From Mayamaea pseudoterrestris (taxonomy: Eukaryota), in assembly GCA_027923505.1 (NCBI GenBank), contig BROI01000019.1, forward strand, positions 372,001 to 436,000: a stretch of DNA of 64,000 nt, given 5' to 3'. Of this stretch, positions 1 to 11,821 are shown piece after piece. The position numbers and the translations under genes are program-made. Each line of letters begins with the position of its first letter. Position 1 is the first letter of the stretch. The notes beneath the pieces were generated by a model. It saw only the letters and a program-made list of their open reading frames with translations. It had not been told where the DNA came from and searched no databases.

Positions 1-594
1 CGACTGGCGCGCAGAGAAACGGCCAGTTACTCTATGGCGCCCGATAATTCTGATCGTCGAACCTTGCCCGCCTTCCTCGCGATACAAAAGTTGCAGTAAA
101 TGCTTCGTCGAGCCATTTCGATATTTTAAAAGCAAACGCAGCAGAGTAGCCTCGGATCACGGCGATGATGACCACTCTTTCGCATGGCTACTCAAAAGCC
201 GCAGTCACGTTGTCAAGTTTTGCATCGATCACAAAAAGTACACTCGCTCGAAGCAATCTCATCGTAACTGTACCCCAGTCAGCTGTCGTTTTTGGAATAC
301 GATTCTTCCATCAGCAAGCAAACGATCCCTAGACAAAGGTACGAAGCATTTGGCGACCGTGCCAAGATCAAGCATGGCAAACTGCTTTTGGCGTTGAGTT
401 GCAGCAGCGAGAGAATGCTGCTGTCACCATCTGCTCATGCAAAGATGTTCAGATACTTTGTAACTTTGGCCGAACGTCGAAGTGACTTGTATTGGCATGT
501 CATTGCTGGATATTGATGTCCAGCATGGCGCTTTCTCGCCCTCTTCTCACTCAAAGCATGATTTTATCTGATAGTATAAACACACAGACGCATC

Positions 595-2429
595 ATGAGC
601 ACTACTAGTACTTTTCCCCTTGTCAATTTTGTCCCTTCGGCCATTCCGGCTGCATTCATCGCGACTCCCGGACCTGTCATGGCGACACCTCAAATGGCGG
701 CGTCCACTCCAGCCACGCCAGCAATGGCTCCGGCGGCGGCGGCTCAAAAGTATCGCAAGGCTCCCGACGCTCCAAAGCGATTCAAGTCGGCCTTTATCAT
801 TTTTAGTGCCGCCAAGCATCGCGAAATCAAGGATGCCAAGGCAAAGGAAGGAAAACATGAAAAGGTACGTATATGCAGCGAGCAAGGGACTATTTTGTGA
901 ATGCGTAGAAAGGATGTTCTGCATCGCCTCTCACTAACTCGAGACGCTCCTCTTGAATACTCTTTGCACGCGCAGACGACTGACATTGCCAAGCTCGTGT
1001 CGGAAGCCTGGCGCCAGCTTGAACCGGATGAAAAGTCAAAGTGGGAAGCCGAGGCGCAAAAGGACAAGGCGCGCTACGAAGTCGAAAAGCACATGTACAA
1101 GGGCCCATGGAAGGTTCTTGCCAACAAGCGGGCCCCAAAGGACCCTTCGGCGCCAAAGCGGCCCATGAGCGCGTTCTTGTCATACAGCAACAAGCTCCGG
1201 GCTGCGTTGAAAAAGGAAAATCCAAACGCGACGAATTCTGATTTGTCAAAGCTGCTTTCAGTAAAATGGCAAAGTCTTGACATGAAGGAAAAGAAGAAGT
1301 TTGTGGACGAGGAATTTGAGCTCCGCTCCAAGTACAAGATTGAAATGGCGGAATGGCGCGAGCGTAACGCGGAAGAGAAACGGGTGGAGCGGGCGGAACG
1401 CGAAGCAATTGCGCTCAGGACGGCGGAAGCTCAGGCGCTAGCACGACCAGCCATGGAGCAGGCGGCGGCACTTCAGCAGCAGGCCTTGGCAGCTCAGCAG
1501 CAACAAGTCAACATGGCCGTTGCAGCCAACCTTCAGCAGCAAATGATGGCCGCTGGTGTCCAGCAGCAGCAGCAGCAGCAACCTACCGGCCAGCAAGAAG
1601 GAACTGAAAATGGTCAGCCTAGTGACGGTCAGCAACAGAACGGGCAGACAGGAAACACTGCTTCGACAGGCGAGGAAGCTCAGCAAGGCCAAAACAATCA
1701 GGCGGCCGCGGCAAACGGCATGTTTAACATGAACATGGGCATGCAGATAAATCCTGCTTTGCTGGCTAATAATCCCTTTTTAGCGCAACAAATTCAGAAC
1801 CAGATGCAGTTTCAACAACTTTTTGGTACGTTGGTTGTGAAAAATTTGATTTAATGTTGTCGTCTCGTTGCTGGTGTGTTTTCTCATACTTGTGTTAACC
1901 GAACCTCGCAGCCCAGCAGCAGTTCATGGCAGCGAATATGAATCAGCAAGGAGGTGCCGGGTTTGGCCAAAACACGACAAATCAAGCCGGTGCGCCTGGT
2001 ATGATGGGACAGAACCCAATGTTTACTAACATGCCTGGTAACATGCAGCAGCTTGGTATGACCGGACAGAACCCTATGCTTACTGGCATGCCTAGTAACA
2101 TGCAGCAGCCTGGTATGACGGGACAGAACCCTATGCTTACTGGCATGCCTGGTAACATGCAGCAGCAGCAGATGCAGTTTCCGAATATGATGCAGGGGCA
2201 GATGATGATGATGGGAATGAATCCGCAGCAAGGCAGCCAGCAGGTTAGCGTAGAGCAGCAAGCAATGCAGCAGACGATGCCAAACGTAGCTGGCGATTCG
2301 AATTTTCAAGCCGTGCCTGCACTCAATGTCGAAGAACCACCGGCGATGCAGGCCGGGCAGTCAAACGACCAGGAGCAGCCTCAGCACGAATTGGAAGTTG
2401 GAGGAGAAGCGGACTCATTTGAGGCTTAG
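595..2429 (+). CDS. Double HMG-box protein with Q/M/N/G-rich low-complexity C-terminus; exons 595-864, 976-1825, 1912-2429
   Basis: Two HMG boxes (APKRFKSAFIIF...WRQL..EKSKWEAEA and APKRPMSAFLSY...KW). GT-AG introns 865-975 and 1826-1911 join three ORF pieces in frame. Confidence 0.9.
1995..2165 (+). repeat. Three tandem 57-bp (19-aa) coding repeats, PGMTGQNPMLTGMPGNMQQ
   Basis: Units start at 1995, 2052 and 2109 with near-identical DNA. Confidence 0.9.
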
Positions 2430-2489
2430 ATGTACACTTCATGTCCCATTTCTACATTAAAAAGGTTGCTTGTTTTATTTTAGCTTTAT

Positions 2490-3936
2490 TTATGTAGGAA
2501 CTGATTCTATGTTTCGTATTCTTGCCTTGGCAGCAACTTGTAAAGGCCAGTCTGCGCGCATATGAACCCGTCCAAACATTGAACGAGCGGGAGACTCCCA
2601 TGACGACATGGTCATCTGGCGGAGCAATATGGGAAAGTACTGATCGGCTTGTGCAAGAGATTGTTCGATCAAATGCATGCAATTATCCGATCGAGTGGTC
2701 GTTGAGTCGAGCTCAGACGCCGCCAACATACGACGTAACAAGACAAGTGCAAACGTACTTTTGACAATGTCTACATTAGAAGCTTCCTCGTGCAAGACAA
2801 TGTGACACTCATCCACCCAAGCCGCATAAGAAGCTCTTTTGTGGCTCCGTGGCAGTCGATGCTTCTTGTGCTTCGAGTTTCGACCAACTATGAGCAGGAA
2901 ACGCTCACCACGAAAAATGTGAAGCAGCTGCTCCAGCTCTTGCGGGGAGAGCTTGCTTCGTTCCAATGACCCAAAGGCACCCTGCCGTCGAGCCACAAAG
3001 TCGGATCGGAAGAACAATCGCTCCTGGTCGGCGATATCTTTTGGCGTCGGTATACTGGATGGAGCGTTCTTGCCCAGCTGCCCCTGGCTCGCTTCTAGCG
3101 CATGACAGAACTTTGAAATGGCATGCACAAGTCGTTCAAAGTTGAAGACTCGATATTGAACGCAGCGCAACTGCCGGTACATGCAAACCAGTTCCATCAC
3201 TTGCAGCACCAAGTACGCCGTAATGACGCCTCGAGCGCTAGTCCCAATAGCTTTCGACAAGCAGACACCACTAGCAATTCCAATCAAATCAACAATGGCA
3301 ATTTGTGCCTCGCCCTTGGCTGTAATATCACCAATATTATCAGTGCCATTACGAAAGCTATTGTAGATTGCCGTTCGCGTGCTACTCGACGTGAGCATGC
3401 TGGTTTGCTTGAAAGCATTCGCCAGCGTCGCCCACACCAGAAACCCAGACGGATTCAAGTACGTGACAATCTCCAAGGCGTTTCCAAAGGCGTAGCTCAC
3501 GGCCGATCGAAACCGCCACCGCTTGGCGTCACTGTCGAAACGTCGTCCCATGCGGGAAGCCCACAGCATGCGAACAATCTTGCCGAGGGCGTCCTTCAAG
3601 ACCCAGTTGAGTGCTGCTGATAGTGCGAGTTTGTTGTTGTTGCTGTTCGATAGCCCTAGTCCAAGGAGGAGTGACTGCGTTCCAAAGACGTGCAGATTGG
3701 CATTCACAAAGCGTTGGGCAATGCGCCATCGGATGAATGAATAGTAGTTTTTTGTTACAGATTGCGGCAAGAATGCAACACTCAGGTTGGGTAAAATAGT
3801 TTGCTGAATAAAGTTGCCTCGTTGCTTCTTTGATGGCTCGAACATGTCGGTGTATTGGAAAAGCCTTGACACTTCTAAGACATGATGATAGCAACGCACT
3901 AACAACTAGACAGGTAGAAGGTCGTATTCTTGTCAT
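2490..3936 (-). CDS. RUS1/ROOT UVB SENSITIVE (DUF647) family protein; probable signal peptide separated from the body by a 1-nt frameshift near 3860
   Basis: Motifs FLPQSVTKNYYSFIRW, ALNWVLKDALGK, FDSDAKRWRF, NIGDITAKGEAQ. The ATG at 3936 opens a signal-peptide-like segment in another frame. Confidence 0.85.
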
Positions 3937-4182
3937 TGCTTCTATAAGACGGAATATACGGTTGAAAAAAATGTGGTCGTCCCATAGAATTGACGGCTTT
4001 TTGGTGCAGTAAAGCAGACATGAATAGAGTTGTCCTTTTAGTGCCGCTTACATCTTGTCGCCCGTAACGGCTCGTTCGATCATCTCACGCGCTCACAAGA
4101 CCGGAAGCAGAGGAAAAGGGACGCCTGGTCAGTTTGCTCCTTCATTGAACTACTTAATCTTCCTTACAACAAATCAACAAAA

Positions 4183-5727
4183 ATGGAGAATACCATGATC
4201 CCGCAGGGCATTGAGATTGTCCAAAAGGCAATTCAGGCGGACCAGGAGGGCGACTTTGAAAAGGCGCTTGGCTTCTATCGCGATGCGTTGGCCCGGTTCA
4301 CCATTGGTTTAAAGTATGAAAAGAATGAAGCCCGCAAGAAACTAGTCATGGAGAAAGTGGAGGGCTACATGAATCGGGCGGAGGAGCTGTCCGATTACAT
4401 CAAAAAGCAAAATGAGCTCGATAAGAATGGCGGAGGAGGATCGGCGACGAAAAAGGCGGGCGACAAGGATGATCCGGATGAGGAAAAGGCCAAGCTTCGG
4501 GGAGCATTAGCTGGGGCGATTGTTTCGGAAAAGCCAAACGTCAAGTGGGATGATGTCGCTGGACTTGTCAATGCCAAGGAGTCGCTCAAAGAGGTACGCG
4601 AGTGGGAATTGTGATTTTCAAGTCTATTTTTGCTATGCAATTGGAATTCAGAATGTCTCAACATAGTTATTACTTTCTACAGACTGTCATTTTGCCGACC
4701 AAGTTTCCACAGCTTTTTACGGGAAAGGTACGCAATTGTTTTGGCGTTCGAGAATCAAGTGCGGGGCATACATGGCAGCTGCAATGAGCAGCAGTCTCAA
4801 GCACTTCATAAACTGACTCAAATTCATTCCATATTACATCAGCGCAAACCATTCAAGGGCATTCTGCTTTACGGACCTCCAGGAACTGGAAAGACCTACT
4901 TGGCCAAGGCTGTCGCTACCGAAGCTGACTCAACCTTTTTCAGTGTCTCGTCGGCCGATTTGATTAGCAAATGGCAGGGAGAATCGGAACGCTTGGTACG
5001 CAGTCTATTTGAAATGGCTCGGGAATCGGAAGGCGGACGCGCCATTATTTTTGTTGACGAGGTTGATTCGTTATGCGGAAGTCGGTCGGAGGGCGAATCG
5101 GATAGCTTGCGACGCGTCAAGACTGAGTTTTTGGTTCAAATGGACGGCGTGGGAAAGGATGAAGGCAAGGTATTAATCCTTGGAGCAACTAATATACCAT
5201 GGGAGCTGGATGCTGCCATTCGACGTCGGTTTGAGAAACGCGTATACATTCCCTTGCCTGAAGCGGAAGCACGAACATCCATGGTACAGTTGCATCTTGG
5301 TGACACGCCCAATAACCTCAGCGACGAAGATTTTCAGCGTATTGGTGACATTACCGAACGCGCTAGTGGATCCGACATTAAGGTGCTTGTCAAGGAAGCA
5401 CTCATGCAGCCTCTGCGCCGTTGCCAGCAAGCCAAACAGTTTTACGTTGATAGCAAAGGCGATTATCATCCATGCAGCAAGTATCCTAATTGCTCCAAGT
5501 GTCCTCCGAAACTTTCATCTGATCCGCCAGGCAAGAACTATACTTGCCAGCACTGCGGCGCCAAGCGCATGACACTCTGGGATGTCCCTTCTGATAAGTT
5601 GGTAGCGCCTGATGTTGTCCGCGAAGACTTTGAAAAGGTCATGCGAAATTCAGTTTCCACAGTGAGTGAAGCTGAACTGGAACGATTCACCGAATGGACC
5701 AAAATGTTTGGCCAGGATGGCGCATAG
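4183..5727 (+). CDS. VPS4: Vacuolar protein sorting 4 AAA-ATPase; exons 4183-4593, 4683-4727, 4843-5727
   Basis: N-terminal MIT domain, EKPNVKWDDVAGL, Walker A GPPGTGKT, Walker B IIFVDEVD, SRH LDAAIRRRFEKR, C-terminal FGQDG. Introns 4594-4682 and 4728-4842 keep the frame. Confidence 0.97.
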
Positions 5728-5781
5728 AAGTCGTTTGCACACAGCTTATAACCACAATAGTCGTTATGATCATCCTGATAG

Positions 5782-6642
5782 TTACCACCATTCAATCGTG
5801 CAGTCACTCGTTAGGTCGTCCTGTAGAGCTCTTCCAATCATGGTGATTCCATAGACTTGATTGGGCGACCCCATCAAATCCTGCAACTCGGGAGCCAAGA
5901 AATAAGCTTGTCGCTGGTACCAATGCACTAGCTTACCACTTCCCTTGTCATCGGCAACCAATAGAGTATAGTTGGCACCTCGCATCGCGTGAATGTACGA
6001 AATGACTTGCAGAGCCAAGGGCCCAACATTGCGCGATCGGAATTCAGGTTCAACAAACATGTAAATGATGGCACAGCAGCGCACTTGCTCTGTTTCGTTG
6101 GCAGAATCGTCGCCGAAACAGTCTTTGACCGTTTCAACAATGGGAGGAGCTGACGGCCCTGGAATGGTAGTAATTCCAAACCGAGCAATTTTGCGGCCGG
6201 TGTACCAGGCTTCCAAACAAATTTGATTCACTTCGGAAGGAAGCCAGACACGAGGTAGAGGTTGACTCGTAATTGAGTAGTTTGCGATTTCTTTCTTTGT
6301 CTGAAACATCCATTTGGCCCGGTCGGCAAAAGTCGCTTCCGGCGGCAATCGGATCTTCCAAACCAGATCGGCATGCGAGAATGGTGTGCTAGTTACGGGC
6401 TCGTCGGACTTGTCGGCAGCACGGCAAATACTCCACGATTGCTTTCGACTTCGTTGAGAATTTCTACAGGAGGATGTTGTACTTGTGCACTTGTCCAAAG
6501 AGTATTGACCCTGACGAATGTCAAGATTGGTAGAAGTCGGTAGGGCTGATTGTCGCGATAGCCAAGAAGCAGCTAGAGGGATTGTTAAAAATAGCAACAA
6601 CAAAGACTTGTTTTCATGCCACACATTTTTCATTAGTAACAT
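5782..6642 (-). CDS. GNAT-fold acetyltransferase-like protein with N-terminal signal peptide (start ATG uncertain: 6633, 6642 or 6723)
   Basis: Motif-A-like YMFVEPEFRSRNVG and later LVHWY. Hydrophobic LLLLFLTIPLAAS-W segment near the N-terminus. Confidence 0.65.
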   Translation of the reverse strand: MLLMKNVWHENKSLLLLFLTIPLAASWLSRQSALPTSTNLDIRQGQYSLDKCTSTTSSCRNSQRSRKQSWSICRAADKSDEPVTSTPFSHADLVWKIRLPPEATFADRAKWMFQTKKEIANYSITSQPLPRVWLPSEVNQICLEAWYTGRKIARFGITTIPGPSAPPIVETVKDCFGDDSANETEQVRCCAIIYMFVEPEFRSRNVGPLALQVISYIHAMRGANYTLLVADDKGSGKLVHWYQRQAYFLAPELQDLMGSPNQVYGITMIGRALQDDLTSDCTIEWW

Positions 6643-6878
6643 ATACGATGAAGCCTTTGCTTGTAATTTGGGAGAGACATGAATTGCCGAGCGAAAGTAA
6701 GCGACGAAGACGCAGCGACACATTCGTTGATGAATTTAACGCTAATCAAGATTCAACATCAACTAGTGGCTGAAGGTTTTAGTCAGCTACTTTTCTACCG
6801 ATGTGCTACCAGGTCCTCCGCATTCTTTTTGCTGATATATATATATACACATAAACCATTAATTGAAACATTAGTCCC

Positions 6879-8213
6879 CTATATTTGTAAACCCAGTCCG
6901 ATGCCGCGGCGTCCATGCGAACGCTGTGCAATAACCGCACGTCCATTTTGAAAGCAATCGCCATCCTCCACTGGACTCAGGAATCGACAGGCTGGACAAA
7001 TGACCAGTTGACAGTCAGGTACTGTCGCTAGAAAGGTTTCGCACGCCAGGCAGGCTAGTTGAGCCAGGTATCCAGATTCGACGGCCACAATGGTTTCCTG
7101 ACTGCTTCGCAGTGGCATGGAAAGACCAGGCGATATTTCAATCTGCAGCTCCGGCTTTACCATGTGCGAAGGCATAAGTTGGCGACGACTCGAGTGTCGT
7201 GGTAAAGCATCCTGGTAATATGGAGATCTGCTTGGTGGAGTTGCTACTTGCCTCTCATAAGCACATGGGTCGTGAACATACTCGCGCTGCAGGGATTGAT
7301 TACTATGCGAGGGATAGTAAGGTTGCCTGCATTGCGGAGGATTGTGATGGCTACCGCGCGTGATGCGGCTCGAGTCATTGTATGGACGCGCAGCCGCAAA
7401 TGCTGCTCGTGTTCGGCCACCGGCTCCTTCGTATCGGTCCTCCTGCATCAAGTTTGCACAAGGCAGTGATTCCTCCCACCGTAGACTCGGACTGCGCTGA
7501 AATGGTGTCGGTACACCAATTGCCGCTGGGCTGTTAAAAGGTGGCGCGTAAACTTCAAAAGCTGAAGTCGCTTCGACTCTGCGAGGGCGTCCGGGAGTGA
7601 GAATGGAACTCGATGAAGTCACCGAGAGGCCATATTCGCTATCGCAGGTGGGAGACATGTTGTCCGAAAAGATGGTAGACTCCTCGTAGGTCGTCTCGGT
7701 GCAGGACTGATGTGCAGCGTACGCACATTCGCCCAACATCATTTTCGTGCCCTCGTCGAACAGTCGTTCCTTATGTCGCTGCTCAAATAGATTGTCCAAG
7801 TATTTTTGCTCATCCAGTGCGTGCGTGAGGAAACAAGAAGGGTCCGAAAAGAGCTCATTATCAGCGTCGTGTTCGACATATTTAGCAGCTTTGACGGATC
7901 TGATTCTTCTGGCTCGTCGAAACATTTCATCCACATCAATGTCCGTCGTTTCGCTGTCCGAAAGGTCGTCCATGCAAGGGTACATGACGAAACTACTGCT
8001 GCTTCTTCGTCGGGAGGCTGGTACTGCATGTATTGGTTCCTCAGAATTTGTGGCAGCAGACGCAGCCTTTCTTCGTTGGCATGAAAGCGGGCTACCGATG
8101 ACCAAATCATTCTTTGAGCAACGTTCTCGCCGTGGGACGCTCATCTGCTGCGATCGAAAACGAGCAGCAGCTTCCATTTCGTTGCCGACATGGCCAAAGT
8201 TGTCTCCCTCCAT
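6879..8213 (-). CDS. Hypothetical protein: disordered Ser/Pro-rich body with C-terminal C4 zinc-binding motif
   Basis: About 445-aa ORF ending in IEISPGLSMPLRSSQET...CLAC...VICPACR...GIGLGL. First ATG at 8213; an upstream intron is possible. Confidence 0.7.
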   Translation of the reverse strand: MEGDNFGHVGNEMEAAARFRSQQMSVPRRERCSKNDLVIGSPLSCQRRKAASAATNSEEPIHAVPASRRRSSSSFVMYPCMDDLSDSETTDIDVDEMFRRARRIRSVKAAKYVEHDADNELFSDPSCFLTHALDEQKYLDNLFEQRHKERLFDEGTKMMLGECAYAAHQSCTETTYEESTIFSDNMSPTCDSEYGLSVTSSSSILTPGRPRRVEATSAFEVYAPPFNSPAAIGVPTPFQRSPSLRWEESLPCANLMQEDRYEGAGGRTRAAFAAARPYNDSSRITRGSHHNPPQCRQPYYPSHSNQSLQREYVHDPCAYERQVATPPSRSPYYQDALPRHSSRRQLMPSHMVKPELQIEISPGLSMPLRSSQETIVAVESGYLAQLACLACETFLATVPDCQLVICPACRFLSPVEDGDCFQNGRAVIAQRSHGRRGIGLGLQI

Positions 8214-8863
8214 GAGATGATGAAACTCTGCGATTCGATTAATTGGATGCAATACTAAACGCTGGCCTCACTGGTCATATGAAGGCAGCGGTAGTCCGCG
8301 TATAGCCTTGCCGCGAAGCCTTTTACTCAAGTATCACTCTCACCTGCACAAGGTTACGTGGATGCGTGAGCAAGACGAGTGATGAAAGAGATGGAAGCTT
8401 CAAGTTTCGTCGGAACAGTTTGATCTTGCCAAGTACTTTATCTATCATACTAGTTGGACAACTCTTAACCAACATAAGTAGACTGTCTTGGATAGATTAT
8501 TGCCTTTAGGGTGCGATCTTGCTGGTGGGCGTCATTTTGCATTGCCCATACGCCCAGGGCACAATCACAAATTTGCGGCCATCGCAAAAACCAATCGTAG
8601 ACTTTCAACGACTGAGACTGACTCCAACTCGTACAAGAAGTAGCTGATGACGCGTGGAGTACTGTACTTGTACCGGTAGTATAATCCATAAAGCAGCAAA
8701 TGCATGGGAGATCCCATAGCTGTCACAAGTACTCGCAAGTTGATCGTTGTTCAACAAGCTCCAGGAGGTTCTAATAGGATCGCAAGGTCATATGAAAATC
8801 CAATAAAGCTAATGAATTTATATTTTAAATCTCACAAACTCATCTTCTCACTCTTTGTAGAGA

Positions 8864-9904
8864 TTACTGTAGACCAAATGGCTCCTGCAACAAAGAGAAT
8901 GACCCAGTCGTTTGCCGGTAAGATTGCTGCTTTTGACATGCTCCCTTGACAAATTGCACGGCCGTGCCCATAATCTCTGGCAAGGACGAGACGGGAATCT
9001 TGCCGGATGCTTGAACGGCACAAATTTGCATCTGATCATCACTTATTTCGCTGGTCGTTGCTTTCGGCCGAGTGACTTGGACTGCGACATGGACTTGGCC
9101 GACGGCGCAGGCTTGTTCTTGACTCGTCCCATCAACAATCAAAACGAAGGATTGCTGTTGCTGCGACGAGCATGGTATCAGTGCAACGCTGACCAAAACT
9201 ACCCTAGGACCATCAGCAGTAAGAATCGGTTGCGCAAGTTGAATATCGTCTTGAACGATGAGCGAGAATTGCTGTTGCTGCTGACTATTGCTCAAAGATG
9301 ATACACTTGGATTGGAATTGTCCTGCGTTGCAACTGACGGTAATAAAGTAGATTCCAAGGCGGCTTGAACAACGCTTGACACCGCGTGCAATCGACAAGT
9401 GGCCGAAGATGCTGCCATTAAAAATACCAAGTCAATGGACAGCTTCCATACGTATTCGTGCGGTAGAATGCATAGAGCCTTGCGATTAACAAGTACATTG
9501 TCGTCTTGTAGTAGTAAATGCGTCAAAAGTGATTGGATTTCGTCCAGTTCGTTCTGATTCCCAGCCGATAACTTGTCGATTGCAATTTCAATAACACCAC
9601 GGTCCGGTCGACTCACGGAAGGCCGAACCACTTGGGCCTTGACGCTACATAGAATTGTTTCCTGCATATCCAGCGTAGTCAGCCGAGCTGATCCATTGGA
9701 CAAGATAAAGGGTGGTTCACCGTGACTTGAGGTGTGTTCTTCGTCACTGCTGAGAGCCGTTGCATTGGCCGATGAAGTGAGATAGCCTTTTTCAGTGACG
9801 ATTACATAATCCCGCGACTCTAGACATCGTCTCCCATCGATGCGGCCATCATCTTGACATCCCAAGCTAATGTATTGTTCCTCGGAGCGGCTGAGGAGCG
9901 TCAT
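8864..9904 (-). CDS. RRP42: Exosome complex RNase PH-like subunit, RRP42/EXOSC7-like (divergent)
   Basis: MTLLSRSEEQYISLGCQDDGRIDGR, SNGSARL, CSVKAQV, LCILPHEYVWKLSIDL, AALESTLLP match RRP42 hallmarks. Confidence 0.8.
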   Translation of the reverse strand: MTLLSRSEEQYISLGCQDDGRIDGRRCLESRDYVIVTEKGYLTSSANATALSSDEEHTSSHGEPPFILSNGSARLTTLDMQETILCSVKAQVVRPSVSRPDRGVIEIAIDKLSAGNQNELDEIQSLLTHLLLQDDNVLVNRKALCILPHEYVWKLSIDLVFLMAASSATCRLHAVSSVVQAALESTLLPSVATQDNSNPSVSSLSNSQQQQQFSLIVQDDIQLAQPILTADGPRVVLVSVALIPCSSQQQQSFVLIVDGTSQEQACAVGQVHVAVQVTRPKATTSEISDDQMQICAVQASGKIPVSSLPEIMGTAVQFVKGACQKQQSYRQTTGSFSLLQEPFGLQ

Positions 9905-10240
9905 GGTGAAGAAACTTGCGAAAATGGAAAAACGGACGGCTTTGCAGTCCAAATCTTACCGGTACTGCCAATCGCACCGGTACTGTACTGCATGCACTTT
10001 TTTCGGTTTTCGGCTCGACCATGATCATAACATTTGCATTTCACACTCATCATCATGATGAGTTTTGTAGCGCTACACAAACGAAGCATTCATTCAAGTG
10101 ACATAGTATAAACATTAATGCAGCAATCATAAGCAATCCTCGAGACGGTGGCAGTGCTATAGCTAATAATCCTTCACCACTCATCGCCATGCTGACGCCT
10201 CATGTTTCTGGATTCTTAAAATTTGAGAATTTTGCGACAA

Positions 10241-11700
10241 ATGGCAAATGCCGACCAACGGTATCGGCTCGCCAAGCACCATGCGGCCTCCTTACTTCAA
10301 TCAGCAGCTCTTGCACTTGTCAGCATGGCGTCTTCCGCGAGGAGTAGCGGCGGCTCTGCAGAGCACGAAGACGACGTGAATTTATATCAGACTCGCCGCG
10401 GCCGAAATAATGGAGGAAAGAGCCTCGAAGCTTGCTTTGCCATGTACAAGTCTCGACTGCCGGAGGTAAGCTTGTACTAATTAGGAGTGATAGAAAGGTA
10501 TTTGTCAAAAGAGAAGATTTTCTCATATACTTTTTCTTCTCGCAATCATACCAGAATGATTTTGATCGCGACAGCGTCAGTTCAGCCGACATGAGCACAT
10601 ACGAGTCCATTGAAGCATCATCTGCTTCCTCCATTTACGAAACAACCACGACTGATTCCTTGGAAGACTGTATATTTGATTCAGAGTCCAAGAATTATGC
10701 GAGCGCTAGCGGTACAGCGTCGGATTCAACGGAGAACCAGTTTGCACCCACGCCTCATGCGCCGCATGATCCGCTCCCTCCTATGATTCATCTCACCGGA
10801 GACTCAAAAAAGTTTGACTTCCTCTCGGCGTACGCAACGTCGCTTCTTGGTCCGAGCCCCAGTCCTCCTTGTCAGCTACATGTTGATGTGCCTCATTCTA
10901 GCTTGTCTGGTCATGACGTGCAGGATTCATTGGCTCACATAAATACGACGACTGAGTTTCTTAATCATTTAGACTTTTCATCCAATGCGTTTTCCTGGCC
11001 CGCTATTTCAGATATATGGGACCCAGGACAAGCTGATTCACCTCTTGCGGCCGCAACCAATGCAGCCAGTGAACTTGCTCTGGTATTACAGGCGGAGATT
11101 GACGTCCAAAAGGCTGGCAACAATGCCAAGTTTCGACGCTGGACGCCACAGGAGGACGCCTTGTTGCTCATGGCGGTGCAGGAACACTTTAAAAGCAAGC
11201 CGTTTATGGGGACGCAGATTCCGTTTCGAGCCATTGCGAAAAAGTACTTTGACGACAACCGCAATGGCTATCAATGCAAGAGTCGCTATCGCAAGATTCG
11301 TCCGGATGTCAATCGCACATCATTTACGCAGGCGGAGAATGATACAATTTTGGAAATGCAGCGTCAGGGATGCACGTTTTCGGACATTGCCAAGCAGCTT
11401 GAGAATCGAACAACGGATCAAGTTCGAAACCAGTTCAACGACAAGCTTGACCCAAATCTTCACAAGATGAAACACTGGTCCGACGAGGAAAAGAGAATCT
11501 TGTTTGACGCGCAAAAGCGCATGGGTAACAAGTGGATGGCCATTTCGAAGCTCCTACCAGGGCGATCAGAGAATGATGTCAAGAACCAGTGGCACAATAC
11601 TAAAACCAAGCAGCGTCGAAACATGCGTCGTGCCATGATGAGTCAAACATCAGAGGCAGTGATCGATTCGGAGGAGTTGGCGAGAGTCACGGAAGTGTAG
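10241..11700 (+). CDS. Myb-domain transcription factor with three Myb repeats; exons 10241-10465, 10555-11700
   Basis: WTPQEDALL...QCKSRY, FTQAENDTIL...RTTDQVRNQF, WSDEEKRIL..GNKWMAISKLLPGRSENDVKNQW. Intron 10466-10554 (GTAAGC...CCAG) is in frame. Confidence 0.88.
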
Positions 11701-11821
11701 AGAACGGGCTCATATTTTCGCTAGATGCCTATCCTTTCTGACAGTCTGACAGACAGCAGCATATTATTCACAGTAAACATCATAAGCATAATTAATGACT
11801 TTGACGTAATGCGTTTAGTCA

